The notes under the pieces are model-generated. The model worked only from the letters and a program-made list of their open reading frames with translations, ran no database searches and was not told the DNA's origin. A stretch of 63,137 nucleotides of DNA, filler included, from Blastocystis sp. subtype 4 (lineage: Eukaryota), in the NCBI RefSeq assembly GCF_000743755.1. It is 3 parts of 3 records of this genome, joined end to end, with 100 filler letters (N's around TTAATTAATTAA, not from the genome) between each part and the next. Parts side by side here need not be neighbours in the genome. Positions count along the whole stretch, not along the records: positions 1 to 23,960 come from NW_014569380.1; 2 more parts are not named here. One strand, written 5' to 3'. Shown here one piece after another: positions 1 through 13,100 of the stretch; the stretch's first letter is position 1, and each line of letters opens with the position of its first letter. The position numbers and the translations under genes were made by a program.

Positions 1-240
1 AAGCTGATGGAGAAATACTCAAATGACGTTCGTTGTGGATATGGAGTGGATATTGAGGGAAAGGACATTTGTAATGTGATGAATGAGAAGCAACCTGTGC
101 TAGATGTCTATGCTACAAAGAAGAATGCTCTTCGTCTTGCTGTGAATGCAGTTCTTACGATTCTTAAAGTCGATCAGATCATTATGGCGAAGGAGGCCGG
201 AGGTCCGAAGTTGCGGACTCCTCAGAAAGATGTGGAATAG
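1..240 (+). CDS. CCT8: Chaperonin CCT/TRiC subunit theta, 3' end only
   Basis: The C-terminus LTILKVDQIIMAKEAGGPK is typical of CCT theta. TAG at 238-240; TGTTTGTT at 250-257. Confidence 0.9.
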   Translation, partial: KLMEKYSNDVRCGYGVDIEGKDICNVMNEKQPVLDVYATKKNALRLAVNAVLTILKVDQIIMAKEAGGPKLRTPQKDVE

Positions 241-296
241 TGGGTGATGTGTTTGTTGGAGAAGAGTGTGTGGAAAGAAACTTGTCAAAATACAAG

Positions 297-901
297 CTAC
301 ACAAAGCGCCGCATAAACTGGGCTGCAACTCCCCTTGCACGGGCATTCACACCAATCTTCATCGCACTAATTTCAGAGTCAATCCCCTCCATGAAGTCAA
401 GAATGAAAGAAATGATCCGTTCACGATCATATTCTTCCAGCGTCGAGAATGTCACAAGAAAACTAATATCATATCCCTAACAATCAACAGGATAGCAAAA
501 AACAACATCAACAGGCTTTCTTCGAAGGATCGCGAAGTTTTCCGCTCTCTGCATTAGGAATCTTGTAAAGTTCCGGCATAGAACACTTTCCATCTCATCC
601 GACTGCTTGATTTTGATACTTACACGCACAGAATTGATAGATGGCTCGATGAAACATCGTTCCTTCTCTGTTCGACAGATTAAGATGGGTTTCATCACCG
701 ATATCTTAGAAGATCTAGATGACTAGGTACAAACTAGAGCCTACTGGATTTCAATCTCAGGTTTATTGTGCCTTTCTACAGATTCAGAAGGAAAGTTTTG
801 CAGAATAAGAGTCGAACGAAGCGTCGTCTGGATGCAGTCCAGATACGGTTTGAGTGTATTTGCCTACTTTTTAGCAATCCAATGGAGGGAATCCATACCA
901 T
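297..901 (-). CDS. ARPC4: Arp2/3 complex subunit 4 (spliced)
   Basis: Reads M|ANTLKPYL...LQNFPS, then [47 protein letters not shown] and [10 protein letters not shown] 35-nt intron (864-898) follows the ATG directly. Confidence 0.93.
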
Positions 902-1011
902 TGATGAGTGAAATCCAGAGCAATTTGGAGTAACGAGACGTAAATGAAAAGACGGTGAGAATTCTCGGATTCCCGTTTTCCTGCCATTCAAACAGAATTG
1001 TTCTGATCACC

Positions 1012-1882
1012 ATGGATAGCGAAAGAAAGAGAAGCTCGTCTCGTCGGAGTTTGCGGGAGTCACCTTCACGACACCATCGGTCGTCGCGTTCTCATTCTCG
1101 TTCACACCGTCACTCTTCGAGCACCTATCGTCGTGACCATAGTGAAAGAAGATCTCGACCGGTTTATGAGTATGACGATGGTAGCAAGAATAGGAATGAA
1201 GGAAATACGTTGTTTGATATTGATTCTGGATGCGTAACAATCTAGACACATTGGAAATATTGATACCAGAACCACAAAAGACGATTTGCGTGATTTGTTC
1301 GTGGGGTTCGGTACTATCAAAAGTATTGAAATTCCCAAAGATAAGGATGGTTTGGCACGGTATATTTCGTCCATTTTGGTCACAGCTAGTGGATTTGCGT
1401 TTATTGCTTATGAAAGTACTGACGAAGCCAGTCGTGTGCTGAATGAGAGGTACAGATTCTTTTAAATGTATTAGTGGTCAGAGTTGTCTGCCATGGACGT
1501 ACGCTGTCAATCCAACTCTCTAAGCGTAATTCTGGTTACAAGCCTACTCCTGGAGTTTGTACTCTTACATATCATGTTTTATTCATAGTCCTGGGAAAGA
1601 ACAGTTACAGTGGTCACTATCGTTCTCATGATTATCGCAGACGTTCTCGTAGTCATCGTAGTCACTCTCGTAGTCGTCTTAGTCCGTCGCGCAGTCGTTC
1701 TGATGATCGTCATGGTTCTCGTTCGCATGGTTACCATAGTCGTTCCCGTACTCGTTCTCATACCCATCATAGTCGTTCTCATGCACATCGTAGTCCTTCA
1801 GATTATCGTCGAGGATCCTCAGAACACCGGACTTATAGTTCTTCAGATGGACACAAGTATGACTACGAAATCCGAAAGCATT
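1012..1882 (+). CDS. Tra2/SR45a-like SR protein with one RRM flanked by RS/RH-rich regions (spliced)
   Basis: The RRM carries RGFAFIAY and is followed by KPTPG. The stop is probably completed by poly(A) at T1882; the next genomic stop is at 1912-1914. Confidence 0.75.
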
Positions 1883-1919
1883 TAGGTGTTTGTTTTATGA
1901 AACAGTTAACATAGATCAT

Positions 1920-4900
1920 TTAATCCTCTTTGTTCTCCAATGCAAGAATTCTGTTACTCTTCTCAATGAACTGATCTGCAGTCTCATTACGACTCACGAA
2001 TAAGTCATGCTTCTGATGCTTATAACGATCCCATTCGTCAAATTCACTCAACTGGCTAGCAGCCTCTTCATTGACCTTCTCCATAGTCTTCAGAATGGTA
2101 ATAATATTAACCTTGGTCACAGAAGCATCATTCACCTCCTTCATTGGATGCTCAAGCAGCTTCATGAAGAAACGCACCATCTTCTGATCAAGACCTGTCT
2201 GAGTGAAACCCTTTCTATCTCCCTTCCACATAATACGCAGAGTCTACAATTCAATCTCTCTTTCTATTCGTACCTCCATAATATAATCCGCATTCTCCTT
2301 CGGCTCTTCAAGTAATGCCTTGAATGAACGAATCGTATCCTTACTATTCAGCTTCTTAGCGCACATCTTATCACCTCCAATGTCATGCAAGATACGGATC
2401 AAGGACATTGTCAAATCACTTGTTGGACCCACTTTCACACTCTTCTTCAATGTCTCAATGATCTTCTTGGGATAATCCAACATTGCCACATGCTCAGTCA
2501 GAGTCGGGTTACTCTTCAACAAGCACACAATACCTGAAGTGACAGTTGATAACACATTCTCCTTCAGATTGTCAGGTTGAGTTGCATCGACATACTTGTC
2601 CTCTTCCTCATTCCGCTTCACTTCCTTGCCCTGAAGACGATCCAATTCATACTTCGCCTCCACAAAGAACATTTTCAAACAGCCATCCAGAGATTCCTTG
2701 GGATCGCGTAACACGAACTTTGGCTCCTTCAAATACAGACGAATGTAAATGTTACCCACAAACAGTTCCTGAGCCAATTCAGGATACTGCATATGGAAAC
2801 CACGAGGAAGTGCAAACTCCTTCTCATCCCAAATAGCCTGGTTCCATTGATAGGTATAATCCTCCACCACTTGACGTAGTTGTTCACGCATATGACCAGT
2901 CCAAATGATTTCAGGTGTTTCATGCTCAGAATCAAATTGAGCGCATACAATCTCCACTTGATCCTTGATCTTCATCACTAAGACAGTTGGCATGAATCGA
3001 CGTAACTCCAAAATAACCTTCGGACCCTCCTTCTCATCATTACACATTCGATTCAAGAGTTTTGCAGCTGCCATACGATACTGAGGACCCACCTGATCCT
3101 GTTCACGACACAAGCAATACAAGGCTAACAAGACGACATTCTGCTTTCGACACTCAGCAACAACATCACTAGTTTCACAAAGACGTGTCAACAAATCCAG
3201 CATAGGAATACGAGTAGCAAAGATATCTGCGTAAAGAAGTTTCATAAGAGCTGGAATCAACTCCTCCTTCATTATCACCTTTGCACAAGCAGCCACAGGA
3301 GTCAAAATTTTCAATACATCAATTGCTACATCACGAGCACGATCTGTTTCATCGTATTCATTGTTCTCATCTGATTCCAAGAAGGCAAACAAATCCTTGA
3401 AAGCACTTGGCTTTGTTACTGTCATAGCCAGATCCTTAGTATTGGTAAGAACCAGAGATAATGCCTTTAATGTCATCTGAATGAAACTCAACTTGCACTT
3501 TGGCTTATACTTGCCACTAATCTCACCCAACTCATCCACTTCACCATCTCGCTGGTCATGTAGATAGTCAAATAGATCCTCACAGAACTCTTCTGCACGA
3601 TCCAATTTCTTGGGATTCTGCTGATTGTACACACGGACATAGACATCACCCACAATCAACTCATCCTTAATTGCATCGAACTGGAAGTCTTCTGCTAGAT
3701 CCAGATGAGTATCTCCAGTCTCTCCTTGGTCATGAATACGAGCACTTACAAACTCCAGTAACTGATCTCGCATTTCACCTGTCCAGATCAGACGAGGCAC
3801 CTCACGATGCGTATTCAGAATTGTCAACAACTCAACTGGAGATTCTTGCGATAGCATTGCAGCCACAGGAGGTGTGAGCAGTTTTGAAAGATACTTTCGT
3901 GCTTCCTTGTTTCGAGGAGACTTGTCATCACCCACACAATATCCTCCAAGACGAGCCAGAGCCAATACTGCACGCTTACAGTTATTGTTAGCAGCTGTCT
4001 GACTATGGGCCGTTTCATCCATCTCCACAGACTCGTTCTCTTCAAGGGAAGGATCGAATCGGAATAGCAGAGGTAACACAGACCACAACATGCAAGATGT
4101 TGAATGAAGAACCTTCTCCTGCAACGTAGATGAATAACACACATTGGCAAGAGCTTCCAAACCATACTGAACAAGACGAGAAGATTGAGTAAGAAGAGGA
4201 TATCGGCTGATATCCGTGGGAAGATAATCGATTGTCTCAATCACCTTACGACCCTCCTCCAGCTTTGCGGAGAAGGCAACAGTATGCATCAGATTCTCAC
4301 CAACAGCAATACGAGGATCATCACTGTTTGTATCTGGAACAATCGTACATCGATTGATGAGATTGGCAACAATCTCCAAACCATGCTGAATGATGAACTC
4401 CTTACAATTGTAATCAGTACAAGCACATGTCAGATACAGTAATGAAGAAGCAACTTCCAGTTGAGGACACTTCTCCACAGTCAACATTTCATCATCCTTC
4501 AGCTGAAGGAGAGGCAACAAATACTCATAACCAGCATACTTGTAAGCAGCCAACTTGCTTGAGAACCGCTTATAGATAATTCTCTGAGCCTTCAGAATCA
4601 GCATGATATTCACCGGATCTGGACCTCCTGTTCTGGTTCGTGTGTTGGACAGCAACTCATAAGCCTTCTGGATCTTCTCAAACAGTTCACGTCCCTCAGG
4701 ATTCTTATCAGGATGGTACTTTCGAGCCAACTTTCGATACTCCTTCTTCAGCGTATTCTCATCTGGTTTCTCCTTATCCTCACCAAACCCAAGAATGGCG
4801 TATGCTTCCTCTTCACTGACACCAGGAGCCTGCTTCGTGTTCTCAAAGCGCCATCGATCCAACACAGCACGCAGCAACTCCACAGGCTTCTTGATAGGCC

Positions 4901-7900
4901 AATTGTTGAATCGCTTCTCATCACACAGAGCAGCAATATAATAGTTGTGACACCACATCTCCTCCTCCAATTCAGGATACTTCACCTGAGGAATAGGACC
5001 ATAGTCGAAACGTAATGTGGGGTTCTCACGAAGCTTCTTCGGGAAGTCACCAATATGCTTCAATACTTCTTCTACCATGTGCTTACGCATCTCATACTTC
5101 CAAATGACTTCTGGAGTATCGAAGTTTCCAAGAAGTTTCTTGGTAAACTCTTCAGGTCCATAGTTGTCAAGAAGACAGATCATAGACTCTGGAAGGATGG
5201 TACCCAGAATACTACGTCGGCTGATAGGCACATCCACAGTCAAAGACTCAGCACTGGTTCGGAACTGCTGATTGAGATGTGTCTGATGGAGTAACTTGCT
5301 AATCTTAAGGAAGTTACTTCCACTATAAGCCATAGCGAAGAAGAACACTCCAGTAAGATAGAGCTTGTTCATAGCTGCCTCATTGTTCTCAACAATACAG
5401 CTCAATGCCTCGGCTGCATTCTCAACCAATGTTGGATTGTTCACTAGCATCAATTGGGCTATGTAGGCTAGATACTTTGGTTGACCGAATACACGCTTGG
5501 CACGAGGAATAGGTGTCTTCAGAATACCATCTGATCCATAGCTTGAATGACGCTTAAGAATGCTGCGAATAGTGTCTAACACAACAAGAGCGCAAGCGAC
5601 TGGCTCCAAATATGATGTTCCGTCCATCAACAACTGCCAGCGAAGCTGACGAATCGATTTGAGAGGAGCGTATCCTCCCTGTTCACTCCGCACTTCCGTG
5701 TCAGGAGTGATGAGTTCACGCTTCAAGAGAGTGGAGAGACGAGTGACCGTAACAGGACCCTTCTCAATCTTCTCATGACCACTGAGATACCACCACTCGG
5801 CAATACCCTCATCTTCTTCTCCTGATGCCGCTGATGCTGCTGGTGCCTCTGAAGCAGGAGCAGACACACTTGCAGGCTCAGGAACTGGAACAGCTTCTGG
5901 AATCTCAAAGTCCGGATCAGGAGCATCCATTGTAGCCATACCTGGTCCTCCCAGGGGCACATCATCATTGAAATCAGGATCAGGAACATCCATTGTAGCC
6001 ATACCTGGTCCTCCCAGGGGTACATCATCATTGAAATCAGGATCAGGAGCATCCACAACCACAGGCTGAGGAACGGGTTCAGGAGCAGGCTTTGCCATTC
6101 GCTCGGGTTCACGCTTGGATGCCTTCTTTCCACCCTTGGCAGGTCCAGCAGTTAACAACAATCCAGACTGGAGAATTGAATTCTGAAGAATTGAACTGAC
6201 TCTTAACTCTGTAGCTGAAGCCGTATGAGCCATTGACAACAAATCCATGATAATCTCAGCACAATGATCCAAATCACGAAGAATGATATCAATATTCATA
6301 GAGCACTTAAGAAGTGTGTTGAATAGAACAATCAAATGATCTCGATAGGTTCTATTACTTGTACTGTCAATTAATTCAAGAATCTGACGAGTATCATAGA
6401 ATCCACCAATAGAATCAACATAGTAATCATACAAAGCAGTCATTGCCTTCACGCACAATATCTTCTTCTTAAAGTCTGTCTCTCGAAGCATTTGTGTATA
6501 CATTGCTTGGAACAGAACATGAGGATTCTCTACTTTGAATTGAATCTTTGTATCTTGATCAACCATCTTACTCAAATAGAACCCATCAATCACAATCTCA
6601 TTTGATAACGATTTGTAATCGATAAAGAACTCTTCATGATTCCACAGAGGTTTCTGTTCACCTTCAGGTACCTTCTCTTGCTCACGCTTCAGGTTGTTAA
6701 TTTCCTTCTCAAGAGCAGTCTTCAACTCATTTCGAGTCTCATGGTTCCAGATGACTGTATATGTCGAATGATCATGTAACATTTGGAAGAACATCAACTG
6801 GAAGTTACCCTTGTCATTACCTTCACGCTTTGATGCCTGAATGCGCGAGCGAAGACGTGATGTTGCACGAGAAGGTTTCACATCACTATTGTCCTGCAGA
6901 CGGCGATTCTCTTCCTCCTGGAATTTCTCTACATCCTTCTCAGTGAGAGTAGGACTGTTTAAGAATCGCTGGATTCCGATAGGAACCATTCGACTCAACA
7001 GAGCTCGAGATGCCTTATGTTCGCCCATCCACAGACCCACGAGGTATCGACTGATGTAACGTTGGTCCTCACTTGCACTATACACCGCATTGTAGAAGTG
7101 CTGGAGAAGCACTCCTTCAGAGAGGGCAGCTTCCTGCATCAGCTGAGCAACCTCTGACTGAGATTCTTCCACAATCGTCTTCATGATCAGAGCCGTCGAC
7201 ATTGTAACACCAGAGCATGTACTGTGGAACAGAGATAACAGAATGGTATGACGCTGAGAAAGCTTTGTCAGCAAATCCTGCTTTACTTCAGGACTTGTTG
7301 TGTCTGAGAAACCACTCAAAATACACTCCAAGAACTCCATGAGAGCCATAATCACTGTGGTTCCTGTAGGTTTGAATGCGTACGTATCCAACAACTTCAT
7401 CAATAAATCCCGGAAATCTGGATCTGTAAAAAGAGTCTCCTTATTAACACGTTCCAAATCTTCATTTCGATTCTCTGTGGAAGGTAACACCACAACACGT
7501 AACACCTCAATCACCCAAAACACAACACCTTCCATTCCACTCTTTAGAGCTGCTTTGATCAAATCCATCACACCCTCAGTTTGCATGAAATAGTAAGGAA
7601 GCTCAGTACGTAACAACAGACGATAAAGTGTCTCAAACATGGTTGCTGGGACCTTCTCAGATACCGACTTGTCCTGCAGACAAGCACGAATTTGGTCATA
7701 AATAGCAAGATACGAAGTACAAAGAGCTTTCTCCTTAATACGGAAGAGATTTCCAGTAGTAGGCACATTACTATTGAACTCACACACAGCATTATACATT
7801 TCACTAGTGTATGACAGTTCTTGACCATCCTTTGTGGTGGTACTGACATTTCCTGCATCCACCAATGCACGCATGCATGTATCCTCCATATTATCAGCAT

Positions 7901-9028
7901 TCTCTTTCTCGGTAGTACGGATCCTGATACCAGGATGCGTCTCTACTACCTGGACCATTGCCTCACTGTATCCTTGCATACGACAGATGTCCAATAAGGC
8001 TCCTAACAACGCATCACGATTACTACAACTGTATCGACGTGTTGGTCGCACACTAAACTCAATAAGGAACATTTGAGGCTCATCAAAGCATCGAATCAAA
8101 TGAGTGATTTCACTCAGAGGAATCATAGACGTAATAACCAGAGACTCGGGATCCAATTCCAAGAGATGGTTCTCAGTCACTTGCATCACTCGCTTTACTG
8201 GTGCTGTATGATGTGCGGAGGTTTTGTATACCTCGAAACGCGCAACAACAAAATCATTATTTATGAATTCACGTTCCTTCTACAAATCAACCCTTATGAA
8301 CACAACACACCAAAACAGAGGCCAGATTTCCTCCCTTCTTTTTACGATCTAATGCAACAGCACACTGTTTGGCTTTTGCTGCAGCATCCTTGAAGAAAGC
8401 ATCCCGATCCGGAATGATGTACACTCGCTTACGATTAAAAATGTCAATCGTCATTCCTCCCGACTCCTCCAAGTAACCGATCGACTTGATCAAGTAGTAA
8501 GGATAATGAGCAACCTCACGATCTACATCATAGAGAGATACAACAATTACCATCAATATACTCAACAATATCTCCAGCATTTGCGCTAAGTTCAATCACT
8601 TTCTTATCGCCACTCCGTCCAATCTTGTACCCACTGAACATCTTTCCGGTATCCTCACCTCGAGCCATCATCATGTATCTTCTTGCAGTACAGAGGAGAG
8701 ATTGCAGACTGTCCGTAGAGAAATTCATAATCTGTTCACCCCTACGATTAGATCCATGCAAAATATGTACTTTCCCTTCTTTAGGTGCAATTCAAACTCA
8801 TCCCCATCCTCTGCAGAGGCAGCAGGAACGATATCATTAACTTCTTCGTTCCAATCCCATTTGTTTGTAATTCCTTGGTGACCCGTCTCCATTGTCATAA
8901 TAGCACTAGGAGAAAGACCAATAATTCTTGCTAAGTTGCCTCTCCACTTGTGGTGCTTCACAGAGAGATATCTTGCATCATATTCAAGTTCCTACAGAAT
9001 AAGAACCAGGTTACGAGATCAATACCAT
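1920..9028 (-). CDS. DNAJC13: RME-8/DNAJC13 endosomal J-domain protein (spliced)
   Basis: A 1981-aa ORF with repeated IWN/IWT motifs, a GYF-like segment and a central J domain (LARKYHPDKNPEG). N-terminus KHHKWRG; ATG at 9028 is followed by a 34-nt intron. Confidence 0.93.
5914..6055 (-). repeat. 63-bp coding tandem repeat (about 2.2 copies) inside RME-8
   Basis: Units start at 5914, 5977 and 6040 and encode D(A/V)PDPDFNDDVPLGGPGMATM. Confidence 0.9.
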
Positions 9029-9213
9029 GCTATTTAACAAGAAATGCGTGAACACAAGATTGTTTAGTGGTCATCATCCTCTTTCTTATCAAGATGTATA
9101 CAACCACTATTCACTTCCATTTTGGCGTGTGTTTGAATTCGGTTTTCTTTTGTAAATTTGAGGAAAGGGATTCAAGATATCCATCTCTCTGTTGTTTATC
9201 TTTTGTACAAGTG

Positions 9214-9931
9214 ATGTCGACAGTTAGCTCTTTCCACAAATCATTGAATCGGTCTTGATTTTTTTGTCAAAATACTAAGTTTTGAGTCCTATCTGAAGTC
9301 CATTCTTTCCTTGACCGCCTTCCCAATTTGAATGCAGCGTATTTTCGTGAATTCAGCAAAGCGAGTGATGAGAAATCCTCGATTGCTTTCTTGTTCCGTG
9401 ACCAAAGGCTCATCAACGTATCCTTTTCTTTAGACTTATTTTATACCACAGCTTTCGTCAATTTCTGCCAATATCTGCGGTTTTCTGTCAGCATTCGTTT
9501 AATCACACTCCTACTGTATCGTTTATCCGAAATGCAAGTACAGCCGTTCCTGTAGCGGAATCTGAAGAACAAATGAACCCAAAAGATGCCCGAAACAATG
9601 TACCTCCTTTCCTTTGCACTTGATATCATAGGAAGTACTAAAATCGATTCCTGGATCGAAAACGACGAGTGACGTCATGATCATAGTTTTCACTTGCAAA
9701 GTGTGTAATACTCGAGCTGCAAGGAAAATGAGTAAAGAAGCTTACAATCATGGAGTTGTTCTCATTCGCTGCCCTGGTTGTAACAATCTTCATTTAATTG
9801 CAGATCATTTGGGTTATTTTGATGATAATAGCACAAATGTTGAACAGATTTTAGCACAAAAGGGTGAAAAGGTAACTAGAATGGATGATAAGCAAGTAAT
9901 GGAATTTCTTCATTCAGAGGATTTAAAGTGA
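9214..9931 (+). CDS. DNLZ: DNL-type zinc finger mitochondrial Hsp70 escort protein (Zim17/Tim15/HEP); 5' exons uncertain
   Basis: FTCKVCNTR...YNHGVVLIRCPGCNNLHLIADHLGYF in 9677-9931; TGTTTGTT at 9950-9957. The start position is a guess. Confidence 0.85.
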
Positions 9932-10017
9932 GTTTAGGAGTCTTTTCGTATGTTTGTTGGGATGACTTGGTACTTAACTGGATTCTTATAAGAGCAAGGA
10001 AGAAACCAATAACAGAT

Positions 10018-10090
10018 GCCACTGTAGTATAGTTGGTCAGTACATCACGTTGTGGCCGTGATAACCCGTGTTCGAATCACGGCAGGGGCA
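10018..10090 (+). tRNA. tRNA-His (GTG)
   Basis: Cloverleaf with acceptor GCCACTG/CAGGGGC, D arm TAGTATAGTTGGTCAGTAC, anticodon loop TTGTGGC and T loop GTTCGAATC. A T-run terminator follows. Confidence 0.93.
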
Positions 10091-10159
10091 TTCTTTTTCT
10101 ATCTCATTTTTTGTTCAGTCGCTTCAATTCTTTGTTAATCCATCGAGAAAGCCATTCGA

Positions 10160-13100
10160 ATGTCAAAAATGAAATTGACAAATGACAGTAACAATTATGG
10201 CCAACTCGAAAAACGAGTTTGTTGTAGAGTTAAACGAGAAAGGAATCCCTATTCACAATACTTTGCTGTTATTTCCTCAAGATTGTGTATTGACCATCCT
10301 TCGTCCTCTTCCACGTGGAGATGCTGTAGGAACATATTTCAAGTGTCATTAAAAGGGAGAAATGTTAATAACATCCAACTATCCTGATGATCGGTTTGAC
10401 AAGCATCGAAATTCAGGGAAACAGAAAATGGATTTCGATTTTAATTATGGAGAATATTCCTTTTCGATGATTCTTGATCAGGGTGGACCATATTACTTGA
10501 GAACCGAATTCATCTCGTATGAATGGTGTTTGGCTGTAATGTAGAAACAAAGTTGATGATCTTTCAGAGCAGATTCAAGGACCAATGATCCGTTTTTTTG
10601 TGATCAATCAGGTAGGGAAACTAGTTCGTTATCAACTAGGTTTCCATTGAAAATCATTCTATTGGATATTCAGGATTGTGTATCCAATCGAATCTGAGTA
10701 GAAGTCTTGGTACCTTTGCCGAGTGGTCTTCTTCTTTGATCGATGCCTATCTCGTTTTTCTATTTTCGGTGAATCATTCGTAGTCTGGATACAACTGCAT
10801 TCATCTTACACCTGTTCAAGTTGCTGGTGAAAGTGGTAGTTGCTATTCTCTTAAGAATGTTCTTGATATTGATCCACACTTTCTTGGTTCTTCATCGATA
10901 GATCCCAAAGCCCTGAGGGTCTTTGCTTCGTTCACTCATATGACTCAACAAGGAGTAGGAATTCTTGAAGTCGATAAGGAATAGAAAGAACACTACTGGA
11001 GCCTTCATCAGACACTTCAGTCTCTACGTCAGCGCTATCATTTTCTCTTTCTAACTGATATTGTTTTAAATCATATCAGTTTTGATAGTCCATTGTTAAC
11101 TGATCATCCCGACATTGCCTTCAACAACTCTAATACTCCTCAACTCATTCCTGCTATCGAACTGGATACTATTCTTCTTCGTGTGACTGACCAGCTCTAT
11201 GAAGAGGAATTCCAAATAACATCGGATGCAAAAGTGAATGAAGTGGTAAATCGTATCCATCAAGCGCTCGTTCAAGCCCGATTTGAAGAATACTGGTTCA
11301 TTAGCACAGATACTCTTATTCATGATTTATCCTCTGTCTTCTCCATTATTGGATGTTCTGGACATTCTCAAACAGAGTGTGTTTCTGAAGAAGAACTTCA
11401 AGCAGCTCTGAAATACAGTCTCTATGAATGTCATATCGGTCATCGTTTTCCAGTCACCGTTGATATGGTTCTGATGAAAGAAGCCTTAGAAAAAAGAACG
11501 ATTTGTCAATGCACACTTGCTTCCGTGGTGCAGAAATTCAACAGTGAATTGCGAGAACGAGTTGTTTATCCTACTGTCACGTCTATTCTTCATTCGATTG
11601 CAAACTCTATTCGATACCGATTTCTTCAACAGAAACCTTCATCTAGTGTTCCAAGTTCCTGTTATCCGCTTGTAGAGAGGTACTTCAATTGTATCACACG
11701 TCATTCTCGTATGAGCAGTTATGGTGCTCTTGTAACAGAAAATGAAGCTGAAAGTGATGTGTATGCTGTTAACAATGGTTGGACTTGGAACAATAACCAG
11801 GATCCTCTTAACCAGCAACTAAACACTCGATGTTTTGTATTTAGAGATGAATCAACCTCCTATCGAATCCATACAGCTTATCTGTTACGAGAAGTGGTGA
11901 TTTGGAGTGATTGTGTAAAACTGAGATACTATGATGGTGATAAGCCAACATGGATTCTGTCTGTGATGGAAGAATACATACAAATCTGTGCTTATCTCTT
12001 TGATGGATTCAGATTGGATAATTGTCATAACACATCGATTCGTCTTCTGGAACACTTGTTAGGAAAAGCTCGCGAAGTCAAACCTTCGCTTGTTGTATTG
12101 GCTGAACTCTTCACATCTAATGAGAATACAGATGTTGAATACATTCGTCGTGTGGGGATTGATATGATTGTCCGAGAGACAGCAAGAGATCCTCATGAAT
12201 ACAGCAACACTAAGAACTATAGTGACTTACTCTTTTCTGCTGGAGGGGAGGATTTGGGATCGCTTCAGGGGATTAAGGGAATTCCTCGATATATTACCAA
12301 TACACATCTTCCAGTAGTACTCTATGATCTCACTCATGATAACCAAAGCTTTCGAAAGCTTTATGGAATCGCATCCATTCCTGCGGTCACAGTCATGATG
12401 TCACTAGTCGTTGCTCATGTTGCTTCCACAAGAGGACAAGATGAAGGATATATTTGCAACCCATCTGTGACAGAAACACGGAAATATGCGAATGCTAATC
12501 GGATCCTTGCATCGTTACCAGATTACGAGATTGAAAGAATCCGAAATGAGCTTTTTGAAACAGAACCATCATCATCAACACTCCATTTATCAGGGAACAT
12601 GCATCTACGATTGTTAATGAATCATCTTCACCAGCTTCTGAGTCGTGAACTGTTCGTTGAACGTTATGTTCATCATTACAGTGGATCTCACTTGATTTCT
12701 ATTGAACGACGTCAAACAGGTTCCAATTATAGTGTTCTGAATATCACTCACACTGCTTTCACTCCTCATTCTTCTTCAATTCAAGAGATACGTGTTCTTG
12801 GTCGGATTGAAGGTGTTTTTGTCAGCGTTTTGTGTACTACGCAAGATGGAAATGAGGAAGAAGAAACGAAATTGTGGAAAGAGCGAGAAGAATTGTCAGG
12901 AGTTGCATTCACTCTTGATATTCGATGTGATCGACTTCATGATTTCTGCACAGTTGAAGAACAGGAAAATGAAACTGTTCTCCACTTTTCAGCTGCTTTT
13001 ACACCAGGTAGTTCTGTTGTTCTTCTTCTTTACAATGGGAACATACCTCGATCAGACCATATATTGAAATACAGCGAATGTAGATGCTGGTTCTATTCAT

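Noticed and set aside
1579..1885. Hydrophobic Val/Ile-rich and Thr-rich ORFs
   Set aside because: They are alternative frames of the RS/RH repeat region of the SR gene.
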